From: Hydrurus foetidus
Lineage: Eukaryota
DNA: 64,000 nucleotides
Assembly (NCBI GenBank): GCA_900617105.1
Contig: UYFQ01000349.1
Location: 1 to 64,000 of the forward strand
Direction of reading: 5' to 3'
In this document: piece after piece, positions 31,954 to 45,513 of the stretch
Numbering within the stretch: position 1 is the first letter of the stretch
Layout of the letters: each line of letters starts with the position of its first letter
The notes under the pieces: generated by a model
What the model was told of the DNA's origin: nothing
Seen by the model: only the letters and a program-made list of their open reading frames with translations
Databases searched by the model: none
Translations under genes and position numbers: made by a program

Positions 31954-34900
31954 ATGAGTGATCAAGCCGATGTAGCGGGCTTCAAAAGAGCCCTCTCTGC
32001 CGCCAGAATGATGGAGCCGACACAAAACATAATTGAGAAATGTAAGGGAAAAATGAGAAGTCAAACTATCTCCGTATCTCCACGACGATGATATCCATCT
32101 TCCCCTTCTCATGTAGGCGTGCTGATGTGCGAAAAGTATTCCACTTCTGCTGATGACATCGTTTTGCACATTGAGGCCTTTCTAGGCAACAATTCTCTAG
32201 AAGTGTTAACACTCGAGAACTTTGGCAAATTTGAGCAGGAGCTACATCGTGAGAGCACGAAGGTTTGCCGCAGACTGTCTTGCGTGAATTTTCGGAAGTT
32301 TCCATGTGATTTGACCTTAACAATTTTTCAGAATCTCGTTGGCGCGAAGCGGAAGTCGCCAGCAAAAGCTCCTGTTACGAGCAAGCCCCCTCTACCGAAG
32401 AGATTGACTGACATGGTAATAATGCCTCCACTTTGTTTCGATTGCACTCATTGAATTGTGCTTTGTTAGATTGTGATGCTGAATGACTTTACATTTTTGT
32501 CTATCCGCTCACATGCAACGCTTCGTATCTGCCTCGTAACACAGCCGTCACCCATGATGATGGCTGTCAAAAGGGAATCGTCATTTTCAACACCCAATGG
32601 CTCAGCGGGCAACAATTCCGAAAGAATCACATACAGAGACACACCATCTCCAGAGAATAGTCAAGGAAGCCAAGGTAGTCGCGACAGCTCTCCTATGACA
32701 TTACCTGGTTCAGAAGAAGTAACTGGTACTACGGAAGATTATCGCTGTCGGAAAGATACAGGCAAAGTAATCGTTAGGAGCAATCCCGCCTTAGGAATAC
32801 GAGGAGAGTTCGAACCATCTGATAGGAATCCTCTGGGGCTGAGATGCGCAGTGGAGACGAATGAAAATGATTTTGAAAACAAGAGTGAGAGGTATAGGTT
32901 CATGTTCACTACTCTTGAAGAACGTGCAAGAGCATTTGAGAAACACATGATGACAATGCAAGAAGCAATGTGCGAACTTGCCAGCATCGACCCTGAAAAT
33001 CTCACCTCTGTTGGCGTGCCATCCCAAGATGCTGTGTGGGTGTGCGGTCGTGTGTGTTGCGATTCCGAAGGGAAGATCAACAACACCTCTGTTTTACTGG
33101 AGGGGTCCAAGAGGGAGTCAGCGGGCAGGAGAGTGCGTCTAGATCTACAGGTACTACGTGGTAAAATCCGCCCAAATTCGGCCCAGTGCAGTGTAAAGGG
33201 TAGCACTTGTTGTCCTGTATGGCATCGCATTATAATGCTGCTCCATATATGCTTGCCAACCAATATGATGGAGATGTTGGCAGTGACACCCTGTAAAATA
33301 CAGCTCTCCATCTGACTGTCAAACAACTCAACTAATTATACAGGACATGAAAGCAGCGGCAGCGTCATACTCCCTCTTTCCCGGCCAAATAATCCTTGTT
33401 TACGGTACAAATTCAAGCGGTCAGAAGATGTTAGCACAGCGCATTATAGAGGGTGTGCCCGCTCCACTACCGACATCATCGCCTGAGAGGCTTCTAGAGC
33501 TGCACCATAGCTCCAACTACCAAGGAGGTATTTGAGTGTTAATCTCGCAGTGATGTGCATACACTCTCTTTCATTCTTGACATTTGGTGTATTTGAGTAG
33601 AGAAAACTGCACCTTGTTATTCCTTACTTTGTGTGTGAGAGGAAGCATCATGTGAGGGCACCGAATGTGCATGACTCAACATGCAATAAAGATGCTCAAA
33701 ATTGTAGCAAACATGACTGTTACATATCGGCCATCTTGAAAGATCTAAACGAGAATTTCTTTTTACTAAGTGAGCAATAACATACAGCTAACCATCTTGT
33801 AACTCCCACTCTCCTTACCTTGCCTTGTCTCGCTTTGTCCAATGTCATCTAATCGTATTGCTCCTAATCTGATCTTATCTAATCTTATCTAATCTTATCT
33901 TTTCGTGCGTTATAATATCTTGTACATTAAATTATCTTGCCTTATATTATCTTATCTTATCTTACCTTATCTTTTCACGTATTTTCCCATCCTGTCTTTT
34001 CTTATCATGTCTTCTTCTTTCCTGACTTGTCATTTATCAGGCAAAGCACTCAGTGTAGTAGTAGCCGCTGGCCCCTTCACCACTTCATTGAATCTCGAAT
34101 ACGAGCCTCTGCGGGACCTCCTCATGGAAGCACTCACTTCCCAACCGGATGTACTGATACTAACTGGTCCGTTCGTGGATATCACCCAACCACTTCTTAA
34201 AACGGGAGAAATATATCTGAATGCGGAAGATGATGAGGGACGTGTGACAGGGTCCCATTCCGCTTCTTATGAAATGGTGTTCATTGAGAAGGTCATTAGA
34301 GATTGCTTCTCCGCCTTGTACAACAGCAATCCTGATCTGCCGACACACATCATTCTTGTCCCCTCTCTATTGGATGCCCACCATGAGTTCGTGTACCCCC
34401 AACCTGCCTTCGGGGACAGGGACGAAGTGCAGTCGGAGATGTTCGTGGAGGCGTTTGGAGTTCTGAAGGTTCCTAACTCGAAGAATGGAGATGTGCGCAA
34501 GAGAGTGCACCTCTTGCCTAACCCGTGTATGTTCAGGTAACTCGCACTTCTCCGGATATAATCGGACACACACACGCACGCACACAAACAAACTCACACA
34601 CTGACATGCACATGCACACACACACACTCACACACACGCACACACACACTACACATACACATACACATACACACAGATGCACATACACACACACTCACAC
34701 ACACACACACACACACTTGAAGCACAAATAACAAAGAAACTCCACGAAATCCACTCCTCTCTTATCTCTCCTACCCTTCTAAACCCTCAGAATCAACGAA
34801 GTGCTATTTGGAGTAACTTCAAATGACACTCTATTCGCCCTAAATCTCGATTCCGTGTCTGAGAACCAACCAGCCGGGAATAAACTAAGCCGTCTTCCTG

Positions 34901-35417
34901 GCCATGTTCTGCAGCAGCAGTCTTTCTGTCCTCAGTATCCTATGCCCGCCACATCAGACTGTCAGGTGTGCAAAACCGTTCCGTTTTTGTTTACGTCCGG
35001 TACATTTATTTACTTCATTGCACATTGCACATTATGGACAATATCATCACCTCATTTTTATCAACTCTATCTCAATCACACACACATGCACTTATCACTG
35101 ACACACGTACGTACCATCACTGCAGCTTGATATGCGCCAAGCACGTCACTGGCAAATGAAATCATCACCAGATGTTCTTATCTTCCCCAGCAAAATGACA
35201 GCACTGGTGAAGGATATCGGAGGTACGCCATTAAATTCACAATAAAGTTCATAGGCTCTTTTAATGTAGTAGCAAAGAAAATAAGTTGTGTTGTCTGATC
35301 AATTGCATTAACATCGCATTGGTGTTGATCGAAATCGCACACCAATCATTTTAGTATACTAGATCGTTTATCTTATCACTTTTTCTATCCTCGTCGCCTC
35401 CTCTCTTTACTCGCAAA

Positions 35418-35481
<64 letters not shown>

Positions 35482-35663
35482 ATTTAGGAACGCTTGTAAT
35501 AAATCCCGGCCAACTAGTGAAAGAGTCCTATGGAGGCACTTATGCAACGCTGACCATCCATCCTCTCAACGAAGCGGAGTTAAGGGACGCTAAAATAGCA
35601 GGGAAAGAAGACCTTCCGCACTCCGTTTGTTCCAGATCTTCCGTTACTATTCAAAAGATATAG
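31954..35663 (+). CDS. POLA2: DNA polymerase alpha/primase subunit B, multi-exon
   Basis: YRFMF, VWVCGRVCCDSEGKINNTSVLLEGS, SLFPGQII..GTNSSG, VAAGPFT, PDVLILTGPFVD, VYPQP, LPNPCMF and INPGQL motifs; GT-AG introns. Confidence 0.95.
34566..34717 (+). repeat. Imperfect (CA)n microsatellite in a POLA2 intron
   Basis: Direct reading. Confidence 0.9.
35420..35478 (+). repeat. (CT)n microsatellite next to a POLA2 splice acceptor
   Basis: Direct reading. Confidence 0.95.
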
Positions 35664-35789
35664 ATAACTTGTAGGCGCAAAACTTTGCGTACATAGTTAA
35701 TTTGTGGGCTAGACTACAACCTGCGCTACATACTGTAAGAATTTCGTCTCTTTCAATAAAAACTTCCTTTCCACCCCTGAACAAAAAAA

Positions 35790-35862
35790 TACTCGGTATG
35801 GGTTTCGAACCCATGACCTACAGCGTGTAAAGCTGACGTGATAACCACTACACCAACCGAGC
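35790..35862 (-). tRNA. trnV-TAC: tRNA-Val (anticodon TAC)
   Basis: 73 nt: GCTCGGTTGGTGTAGTGGTTATCACGTCAGCTTTACACGCTGTAGGTCATGGGTTCGAAACCCATACCGAGTA. Cloverleaf with A and B boxes, followed by a T7 Pol III terminator. Confidence 0.95.
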
Positions 35863-36868
35863 GTGTTTGCCATCATCAAACAGTACAATAGAAGTTCAAA
35901 AAACGTACTTACGAAGGAGTCTATCAGAGAATACAACTCAATTCATGTAGAAGTAGCATACAGCACTGTACATTGTGCACTGTTCTCCGTAATGTGTTCA
36001 GTATTGTACCATACAGTAACGGTGTAGATGAGATGCGCTGTATTGGTACAGCTTACACAACATGCTCCTCAATCGATTCTAGAAACGGTTAATTTCTTGA
36101 AACGAATGGTTAGTTTTCATTCTTATGATGAAGTGAATCAGGAGTAGTACATCGACAGAATTACAATCTTCATTGTGAATCAGATCCATTGTCATTTAGC
36201 TCGGCATCAACAATAGAAGATAAGTGACGAGGAGGCCAATAGACTTACGAAAATGTTCATTCACGTGATCGATGGTTGATGACACCTCTATCATCTTTAT
36301 CTAAGGGCGCATGTGGGACTAAATGCTTCACAGGGTTGTAGTATTTGTGGATAGCTTCTCTCTTGATTGTGTGTAATGCAATTTTGCCGACGTGTATTAC
36401 GATGCCCAGTTCTCCGGGCATACGGCAAATCACCGGGGTCATAAATATTGTTACTTTTTATGCTTGAGTGGTTACGAGCTAAATGACAATGGATCTGATT
36501 CACAATGAAGATTGTAATTCTGTCGATGTACTACTCCTGATTCACTTCATCATAAGAATGAAAACTAACCATTCGTTTCAAGAAATTAACCGTTTCTAGA
36601 ATCGATTGAGGAGCATGTTGTGTAAGCTGTACCAATACAGCGCATCTCATCTACACCGTTACTGTATGGTACAATACTGAACACATTACGGAGAACAGTG
36701 CACAATATACAGTGCTGTATGCTACTTCTACATGAATTGAGTTGTATTCTCTGATAGACTCCTTCGTAAGTACGTTTTTTGAAGTTCTATTGTACTGTTT
36801 GATGATGACAAACACGCTCGGTTGGTGTAGTGGTTATCACGTCAGCTTTACACGCTGTAGGTCATGGG
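35810..36868. repeat. 394-bp inverted repeat (arms 35810-36203 and 36475-36868, 271-bp spacer)
   Basis: Arms are reverse complements with only 3 mismatches seen by eye. Confidence 0.95.
36816..36868 (+). pseudogene. 3'-truncated tRNA-Val(TAC) copy (first 53 nt)
   Basis: Identical to the tRNA through ...GGTCATGGG, then lacks the T-loop/B box and 3' acceptor strand. Confidence 0.85.
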
Positions 36869-37366
36869 GTGTAAGGTATGGTTTCGGATACGTATCTACT
36901 GTCTCTGAAGTTTGTTGCGAAACCTCAAAGGCTGTTTTAGTGACTGCATATTATTCTCATCCAGGCAATAAAATCGGTTTTAAGATGCCAATCGATTAAT
37001 ATGACAATGCATTTAGCGATAACATCTAGTGCCAAACTTTATCACTCGAATTCAGTTACAACAAAGTACTCATATTCAAACACATGTGATGTACTGTATC
37101 AATAGGTGGGGATTAACATCTGCAATTAAGACGTAAAAACGAAGGAAAAAGCGAGATGTGAAACCGTCCAAGGTCCAAGATCCAAGTACAAAATACGCAG
37201 TTTTCGAAATCACAGCACAACAGCTTCGCAGAAATAAAAAAAATGTTCATGCTGATGTCGATGTCTGATGTCAGTTCTATTGCAAGGATATCCGCAACGT
37301 AGACATCTGGCTCTTGAGGTTATCGGTGAAGAGCATGCAAAATCAACCAAATCTGTGATGTCCTGA

Positions 37367-40048
37367 GTGATGGATCAAATGGCAACCATTTGCCGATCCA
37401 ATTACATACATTGTTGTGCTTCCCTACAAGCATCAACTCTAACTCCACATATCCAACAAGGCGATATTCTCATTAGTATCAACGGAACATCGCTCATCAC
37501 AACAAACGGAAATGTGCATCAATGTGCAAAGCCAGAGGATATCACACGAATCATAAAGCAAGCAAAATCACCAAAGAAAGTGAGATTTCTGAGGTTAATT
37601 AGGTCTGCAGGAGATTTGCTGTCAAAAGGCACTGCAAATCCATATGACTTCCTACTGGATTCTCACGAAACTTCTCTACTAATAGAGAATGCAGTCAAGA
37701 GCCGCATACCTAAATTCGTTGTTTCAAAACTGCCAACAGCTGGGAAAACGTTTGATCCGGTCTCATCATCGCTTTTTGACGTGGTGTTTTCGTATCAACA
37801 GTCCTTAGGAATACGTATTAAGCCCTACAAACTGAAATGCTGGAGAGAATCGAAGCAGGAGAAAGAAAAAGAAAAAGAAATAGGGAAAGAAGTGGAGAAG
37901 GTGCCATTGAGCGTTCAGATCGAGCCAGAAGTTATTTCCGATGAATCGACATCGCACTCATCAGGCACTCCTTCTCCTTTTAGTTCATCGAGTTTATGGA
38001 AATTATTTGAATGTGAGGAGGAGCTCTATCAGAGCCACTGTTATTTTACTGGAGAGCTTTTGAAGGATGAGGTCACTGATTCTAGCGGGGTCGTAATTGG
38101 TGGAGGAGGAGGAGGAGGAGGAACAGCAGATTCAAGCCCAGTCAGTGGAGAGATGAGATACGCATCATTCGAACCGGTGACCCGTCCGCCTCCACCTCAA
38201 TGCGTATCTCCTCCACAGGATCCCTTTATTCTAACCTACTTGGACACCTACGATAAGAACATCGTTCCTGAGGACAGTCCTAGTCTCGCTCTGACAGAAG
38301 AAGACGATATTCCACCCCCACCGAAATTAGTGGAAGAACCGTTTTTCACGAATCCCATGCCAGCTGCTGCTAGTAAAATGGTGAAATTGAACTTAAGAAG
38401 AAGCAGCGATTCAGGCACGTCTTGCGAATCAAGTCCTCAGATAGCTGCATTAGGAAGTGTTATAGCGGCTAAAATAGAGAAGTCGTTGAATTCTTCCTTT
38501 GGCTCTCCTACGAGCGCTTTATCTCTCTCCCCCGTCTCTTCTCTCGGGAAATCCGTAACAAGTGAGGGCTTTACGCCTCAGTTTTCACCGTTATCAACTA
38601 TGCCAGTATCACCACGAGAATGCCCGGACCCGGTTATTTTATCCCCCACACCGGTATATCCGGTTATAATTTCCAACACACCGGTAGACCCGGGGAAATT
38701 ATTCCTCACACCGGTAGACCCCGCTATATCATCCCCCACACAAGCCGTTACACCTCAACAAGTCAAACACTATCACAAGCGTAATTCTGAAATCTTGAAA
38801 GAAAGTAAATGTGAGACATCTATAACAAAGAACGAAAAAATTGAGAACGTTAATGACGGACTAATTACTACTCCCCTATCGCACAGTCCTATTCTAGTCC
38901 CAGCTGAAATAATGTCCCCTACTCTATCCAATCTTAGTGAAGTAAAAATGTTCCCCGAATCTGGCCGTATTGAAATTACCCGGGATACCGTACGTCAGGA
39001 TACCGAATCGGTAAAAGTGAAACCGGCTTCTACGGTATCTTCAGCCACGAAAGAAAAACAGAATTTACATGCTGATTTGGAAAATGTGAAATTACGGTTA
39101 CATTTTACGGAAGTCGAGTTAGAAGAAACGAAAACACTGTTGGCAAATAAGTGCACTACAGCACCACCTAGACAAGTGCGTAGTAATAATGAGAACAATG
39201 ACAGAAATGATAGTGGTGATGATGGCTCATTAGAATTGCAAAAAGTTAAAGACGAATTGCTGCTACTTCAGATTAATTTCAAGGAACAAATGATTTTGAA
39301 TCAGATTGAGAGGGAGGACATGATATCAGATTTATTACGTGCCAGAGAATTAGCGAAGTTACTAACTGAAGATTTAATGAATATCAAAGCGGAGAGGGAC
39401 AAGATAAATGAGGGAACAATATTAGTAGCACAGAGAAGAAAAAGTTCCGTTTTGTCTGATGTAGAAAGATTGGAGGAGGTTGATTTCAAGATTCTGACCC
39501 AAGTTCTACCTAGAATGTCGGATTTAGACGATGCGCTCTCTCAGTCCTCCACAGCCGTAACGGTCGACTGTACGGTAGAAGGAAGGAATGCAGCGATAGC
39601 CACATGGAAAAGGGAACACATTGATGAAATAGCGAGAAATGAAGAGATGGTAAAACAAACAGAACAACTATCGGTGGTAAAACAAATGGTGGCGATGAAA
39701 GAAAAAGCAGCAGCGGATAACGCAGAGGTCACTCAGAGGAACTTGGACTATCAAGCTGCTAAGAATCGGCTGGGTCTAGGGTCCCTCGGAGCAAACAGAA
39801 CACCAAGTGCTGTCGTCACAAGCACGAACAATAACTGTGCAGGTGAAAGTACGGGGAACAGTACGGGTGTAAGTAACAGTACGGGTACGGGTGCTACACC
39901 ATGGAATGGTTCACCAAAATCCGTAGAGTCTCCTACCGAATCCGTGAGAAGGATGTCCCGACCCGGGGGTAAAATCAGAACCTCCCTCCCTCCAGGGGGA
40001 ATCCAAACACATACAACTGAGAGGCCTCCTTGGTGGCGGGTGCGGTAA
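37367..40048 (+). CDS. Uncharacterised protein with N-terminal PDZ-like segment, Ser/Pro-rich middle and coiled coil (start uncertain)
   Basis: 893-aa ORF; IQQGDILISINGTSL..ITRIIKQAKSPKKVRF is PDZ-like; heptad-rich C-terminal region. Confidence 0.7.
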   Translation: MMDQMATICRSNYIHCCASLQASTLTPHIQQGDILISINGTSLITTNGNVHQCAKPEDITRIIKQAKSPKKVRFLRLIRSAGDLLSKGTANPYDFLLDSHETSLLIENAVKSRIPKFVVSKLPTAGKTFDPVSSSLFDVVFSYQQSLGIRIKPYKLKCWRESKQEKEKEKEIGKEVEKVPLSVQIEPEVISDESTSHSSGTPSPFSSSSLWKLFECEEELYQSHCYFTGELLKDEVTDSSGVVIGGGGGGGGTADSSPVSGEMRYASFEPVTRPPPPQCVSPPQDPFILTYLDTYDKNIVPEDSPSLALTEEDDIPPPPKLVEEPFFTNPMPAAASKMVKLNLRRSSDSGTSCESSPQIAALGSVIAAKIEKSLNSSFGSPTSALSLSPVSSLGKSVTSEGFTPQFSPLSTMPVSPRECPDPVILSPTPVYPVIISNTPVDPGKLFLTPVDPAISSPTQAVTPQQVKHYHKRNSEILKESKCETSITKNEKIENVNDGLITTPLSHSPILVPAEIMSPTLSNLSEVKMFPESGRIEITRDTVRQDTESVKVKPASTVSSATKEKQNLHADLENVKLRLHFTEVELEETKTLLANKCTTAPPRQVRSNNENNDRNDSGDDGSLELQKVKDELLLLQINFKEQMILNQIEREDMISDLLRARELAKLLTEDLMNIKAERDKINEGTILVAQRRKSSVLSDVERLEEVDFKILTQVLPRMSDLDDALSQSSTAVTVDCTVEGRNAAIATWKREHIDEIARNEEMVKQTEQLSVVKQMVAMKEKAAADNAEVTQRNLDYQAAKNRLGLGSLGANRTPSAVVTSTNNNCAGESTGNSTGVSNSTGTGATPWNGSPKSVESPTESVRRMSRPGGKIRTSLPPGGIQTHTTERPPWWRVR

Positions 40049-41561
40049 CATCTTACGGTATAGCCGGTGTGCACGGCTGAATGGTTACAGGATTGGCACA
40101 ATCGTTTATTAGTTAGTTTTTAGTTTAGTTTCATTTGTTTTTTATTCATGATTTATCGATCATGTTGTTTTTCTTTCTTTCTTTTTATGATGTGGAAGGC
40201 ACAAGACTTGACTGGTAATTTCATCATTTAATGGGGACGAACAGCTAATCGATTGCACTTCCCACCTATTAACACAAGATTTGACATCATTTCATAATGT
40301 TGTTATTTCTCATATTTGTTTTCGTATTTGAATTTGAATTATTTCACGGGAAATATTCCTTCAGACTTTGGTAAAATTATTTTTTCTTTTCCTCTATTTT
40401 CCATTTCACGTTTATCCACATTTCTTTTTTACGTACTTACTTTATGTTCCTATTTATCGTGCATTTTAGACACAGCAGAAACCATGAGCAATACGCTTAT
40501 TGTACTACTAAATTAAAATTGCGCAAAAATCATAACTACAGAATTTTCCTGAATAAATGTCTACATTCGCGTCCGAATTCTGTATGAATTTGAAGGGAAC
40601 CAGAAAAAGAAAAAATCTAGACAAATGTGAGAAAAACACAAGGAGTGGTAATGAATTCAAGTCCGCACTGTCCGTTGCTTGTGATAAGTGTATGGGTCCT
40701 TTTCCACTATGCAGTTATCGTTAGAAGGATTGCACAGCGCACTCGAGCGTACAGACACATGGAACTTTCTTCGAGAAAACTCTCCTTGACAATTGGGTCG
40801 GGGAATGTGTTGTGCGTTGTGTGGTGTGTGGTGTGTGGTGTGCTTCTCAGTGATAGACACGATCTTTATCTGACACCCGGACTCCGCACCATTTCTTCAC
40901 CCATTCTTGGTACCTTCGAGTGCCCTTTGTTTGGATTCTGAATACGGTATTATGGCTCATTTTTGGCATCCCAGCACTTCCTAGACCATACTCGACACAT
41001 CACATCTTGCTTCAAACAAAGGGCGCTGGACGGCAGTGTTAGACGATTGCTGCAGCACTATTTTGTGATCCGTCTCAAAGTCCAAGAGTCGACATTATCC
41101 GGCAGACTTGGTGAGTACGTATGATACTTTAACCCCTCAAAATGCTCTCGAGGAACATTCTTCAACGACGTGTGATCATAACTATACGGTTCGATTTCAC
41201 CAAATCTCCATCGCACAGATCCGGAGCCTCTGGCGGGATCTCACCGTAAAGTCTTCCGACTTCCGGTTGTACATACCTTGAGTATGATCATACGTGTAGC
41301 TGCGCACATGAAGATCTTCCAGACTAATCTGCTCCCACTAGATAAGATTTGCTTAGTATGTACAGAAAAAAATACTCGCAAAACTGGAGAAAATAGTGTT
41401 AATGTGTCACATTTCCGTTTATCCTCGTACAAATGACAATTTTGAAATACATGGCATTAATCAATTAAGTCTAATTCACAAAAAAATAAACAGAAAATAG
41501 GAATATCCAGAAATATATACAATATAAACATTCTTAAGTGTAGATGAAATACAGTCCGTCA

Positions 41562-44500
41562 TTAGTATGCTCCTACGGATGTTCCGATGCCCCCTTCCGC
41601 TCCTGACCCCAAAGGTCCGTCATTGAGGGAGAGGGGGGCGGGGATGGGGGCCGCTTGGAACATGGGGGCCACACTGATACACAGCACATCTATGAAGGGG
41701 GGTAGGAGGAGGGAGAGATGGGAGTGTGCGTCAATAGGATGGGGGTGAGAGTGTGACAGAGAGTGTGGGAGTGTGTGTCGGGGTGAGAGGGAGACAAAGG
41801 AGGAGGGGGGAGGAGATGAGAGTGTGTGCGAATGGGTGGGTTGGGGGAGATGAGGCGGAGGGAGGGGAGCGTGTGCATTTGAAGTGTCTGCGTGTGAGTG
41901 TGTCTGTGTATGAGTGCATGTATATACATTACTGTGAGCACGTGTGAAAATGTATGCATGCACAGTACGTACGAATGAGTGGCGGTGCATACACACGTAC
42001 ATTCCTGTGTATACAAACTCTCACACACGTCAACCATCTCAGAACACACACACGTCAAATATAGTATAGCATTAGCACAGACCTTGGATCAGCTCTTCGG
42101 AACACGCACTGACGCACATCTGCACTTGAATGGTCTTGAATTTTCCGACATTTTCTTTCCTTCTCTGAGCCATGAGTGCCAGAATTTGTGCGGCTCTTTG
42201 CATACCGGGATCGGTTCGATTCTGTTTAAATGTAAGGTATAATATACGGTATAATCATTATTTTATTAGGAGGATGAAGAAGTCATTCTCTTCGTGCATC
42301 TGCAGTGTAATATGCTCTCGATTTAATCAGAATTGATGACGTCATCGACTGTACTCGCTCTCACAATTTCTATTCTATTATAAAAGAAACAATGATGACA
42401 TGTACACAATAGCATGTACGTACGTACCCCGTTTGAGCCTTTTTCGTACCCACCGGATGCTTGGCGAGTGTCTACTATACGAAGCAGCAGTTTCACGCAG
42501 TAAGGGACTGCAGCGAAACGGACCTGCATCGCCTATATGAGACAGGAAAGAGAAAACAAGATGGGGGAGAAGATGAAATGAGCGGGGTGGTGGTGGGGTT
42601 GGGTGCTGAATGTCAGGGGGCAAGGGGTGAAAAAGGGGAAGGGGAATAGAGAAAAAGGGGAAGATGAGTGGTGAGAGGAAGGAAAAGAAACTGAAGTCCT
42701 GTTGAAATGCTCTTTAATCCGTAGGAAAAATGGAAAAAATAGCACGACAGTTTGTCACTTCATAAATGAACAAAATAGCCCAATTTTAAGATGAAAATAA
42801 CAGTCAAATAACTCGATGAAATTTACCTGGGAGAAGGTGCAGAGGGTCCAAATGGACTCTAGACTCATATCCCGAATCTCCGCATCGCTGATATCCGTGT
42901 AGAAAGATGATGCACACGCAGGCATCTTAGCGATGCCCTTTAGTCCCCCTGGCGCATTTCTGACATCACCGTTATAAAAGGGCTCTACCGAGGAGGAGTT
43001 AACACATAATAGTTCCACCAAAGTTCCTAAGAAATTATCCGGTGCTGATGCGAATAGTTCCACATTGTCAACACTTGTGGCTAGTTTGGTGAGGAGGTCG
43101 AGTCCGCGCTTGACCTGCTCTCTGTCCATGCACTGGTGAATAGAGGCGAATATATAGGACAGGAGAATACGAGCTGTTGGCAGTGTGGCTGCTTCTGCTG
43201 TGTGTAGAGCAGCTGGTTTTAGGGAGGGAATGTTCTTTGCATCTGTTAAACAGTCTTCCAGCCACAGGGATTGGGACAGTCTTTTCGATCCTATTAAATC
43301 TAGTCGAGATGACACATTTTGAAGTGTTTCAAATGCAATTTGGGAGGACTCATAGATTGGGTTTCCAGAGGCGTAGGAGGCGAGGAGCAGAGAGGTGAGG
43401 TGCTTCATGAACGTGTTCGATGCTCCTATTTGGGTCTCATTGCAGGCCTGCAAAGTGGATGAGATGAGAGGGATGGAGAGGAGGGGAGAATGGGAGATGG
43501 GTGGATAGGGAAGAGGAATAGAGAACAGGGGAGGAGAGAAGGGGTAAACAAAAGGACATAACTGCGAAGGAGTAAAATTCGAAGAGGGAATATATTAGCG
43601 AATAGTCAATGCATATAGATTTATCAGTAATCAAAGAAGGCATTTATTGGTAAAACAAAGGGCAATGAAGCAATCTTAGAGATCAAGCACAACTGAATCA
43701 AGACTTAGTGTAATTTGAAACAGGAAACAAAAAAATGGACTCAATGAAAAATAAACTCAACTTAATTAGCAATGATAAGAAGGAAAGTACAGCGCATACG
43801 TACCTCATAACTTAAATTTTTGATAATTGTTAAGAGATTCAGAAGAAGGATATTCTCGTCCAAATTTCTCGCCAAAATCTGATGAAAAAGTTGGTGGAGA
43901 TAATAAGTTAGGTATGATTATGAAGATATAAAAGAATTGAGTTGTATAAGAGACAAGTCAATGCTTGGAAGAATATCCACAGGACTGACAACTCCAGGAT
44001 TTATGTGCCAAATGCAATAACACAGATTAGATAAGGTAAGATAAGATAAGATAAGATAAGATAAGATAAGATAAGATAAGATAAGATAAGATTGAATAAG
44101 ATAAGATAAGATAAGATAAGATAAGATAAGATAAGATAAGATAAGATAAGATAAGATAAGATTGAATAAGATAAGATAAGATAAGATAAGATAAGATAAA
44201 ATAAGATAAGATAAGATAAGATAAGATAAGATAAGATAAGATAAGATAAGATAAGATAAGATTGAATAAAAAGAGTTTATTACACGAAAATAGTTTTAAA
44301 AAATAGAATGAAGTAAGATGACAGCGTGTATCATAGTGGAATGCGTCAAGACAAAATACAAAGATTCGATAAATTTGTATTTGTCGCACACATTGTACTG
44401 ATTCTTCAAGAATTCTGGCATTTAGTACAGGAATCAAGCAAATGCAAAAAAAAATATCATCATTACATATATTAATAAAATCACACACAAAACACAGACA

Positions 44501-45429
44501 AACACAAATGGCTCATGCACGTTCTCACTTTGAATATTTGGTTTCCGTCACAGGGTAGAGAAGTTGTCCACATATCAGCAGAAATCCTATCAACAGACTG
44601 CATTGCTACATCTTCAATTTTTCTTTTTGATCCAACATACCCTTTTTTAGATGCACTATCGGATAAAAATAATATATTTGCCAAAGGATTTAGTACATCC
44701 AATAAAGTCCCTAAAGCTGGTAGTAAATCCGGATAGTTTTCTATTTGTAATGTAATACCAATGTCAGATTCAAATGATTTCATTAATAATGTGTTTAATC
44801 CTTTTATTACAACAGTAGGGTCCTTGGACCCTAATTCTTTAATAGATTCCAGGATTTTTTTAGGCCATGCACTTTCTGGTAAATTTTCACGTACGAACAC
44901 GGGACCAACAAAAGCGGGTGGTACGTATGGTACGTGCTGAATCGGAATGGAGATAGGAACGTGCTGCTGCTGTACGGTTTGTGGTCGTGTTGTGACAGGT
45001 TGTTGTTGGGGTTGCACTGGTGGGCGATATTTGATGCCTGATTGAGCGGACATATTTGATGTGGGAACCATTCTGTCGTTTATAATAGGTGGAGCAGGTG
45101 CTGTGAGTCCAGGTTGAAGAGGTCTTTTTGCCATTGGAATATTCATATTTATATTCATTCCCATGGACATTGTAGGAGGAAGAAGAGCAGCCGCTGCTGC
45201 TGCTGCTTCTTTTGTTCTCTGCTCCTTCTTCAACATGTACTGAGATTTAGGCTTTACGTATGGTGCTGGTTGTTGTTGATGATGCATTTGTTGTTGATGC
45301 TGATGCTGCTGCATTTGTTGCTGTTGTTGTTGAATTAAATGTTGGTGATGTTTCTGTTGCAATGCTGGCGCTTGTTGTGCAGGATTTTGTTGCATGTGCG
45401 ATATTTGGGCCTGAGTGTATTGCTGCTGC

Positions 45430-45513
<84 letters not shown>

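Noticed and set aside
35790..35862. Link between the local tRNA-Val(TAC) and the copia (as primer or decoder of the GTA slippery codon)
   Set aside because: No complementarity to the PBS; tRNAs act in trans, so proximity is coincidental.
36816..36900. tRNA-derived SINE head
   Set aside because: The copy includes ~340 bp of the tRNA's upstream flank and lacks a B box, tail and TSD, so it is a DNA-level duplication.
38648..38720. CRISPR-like constant repeat with variable spacers (CACACCGGTA)
   Set aside because: 10-nt repeat, in-frame 30-nt period, related spacers, eukaryotic coding context and no cas genes.
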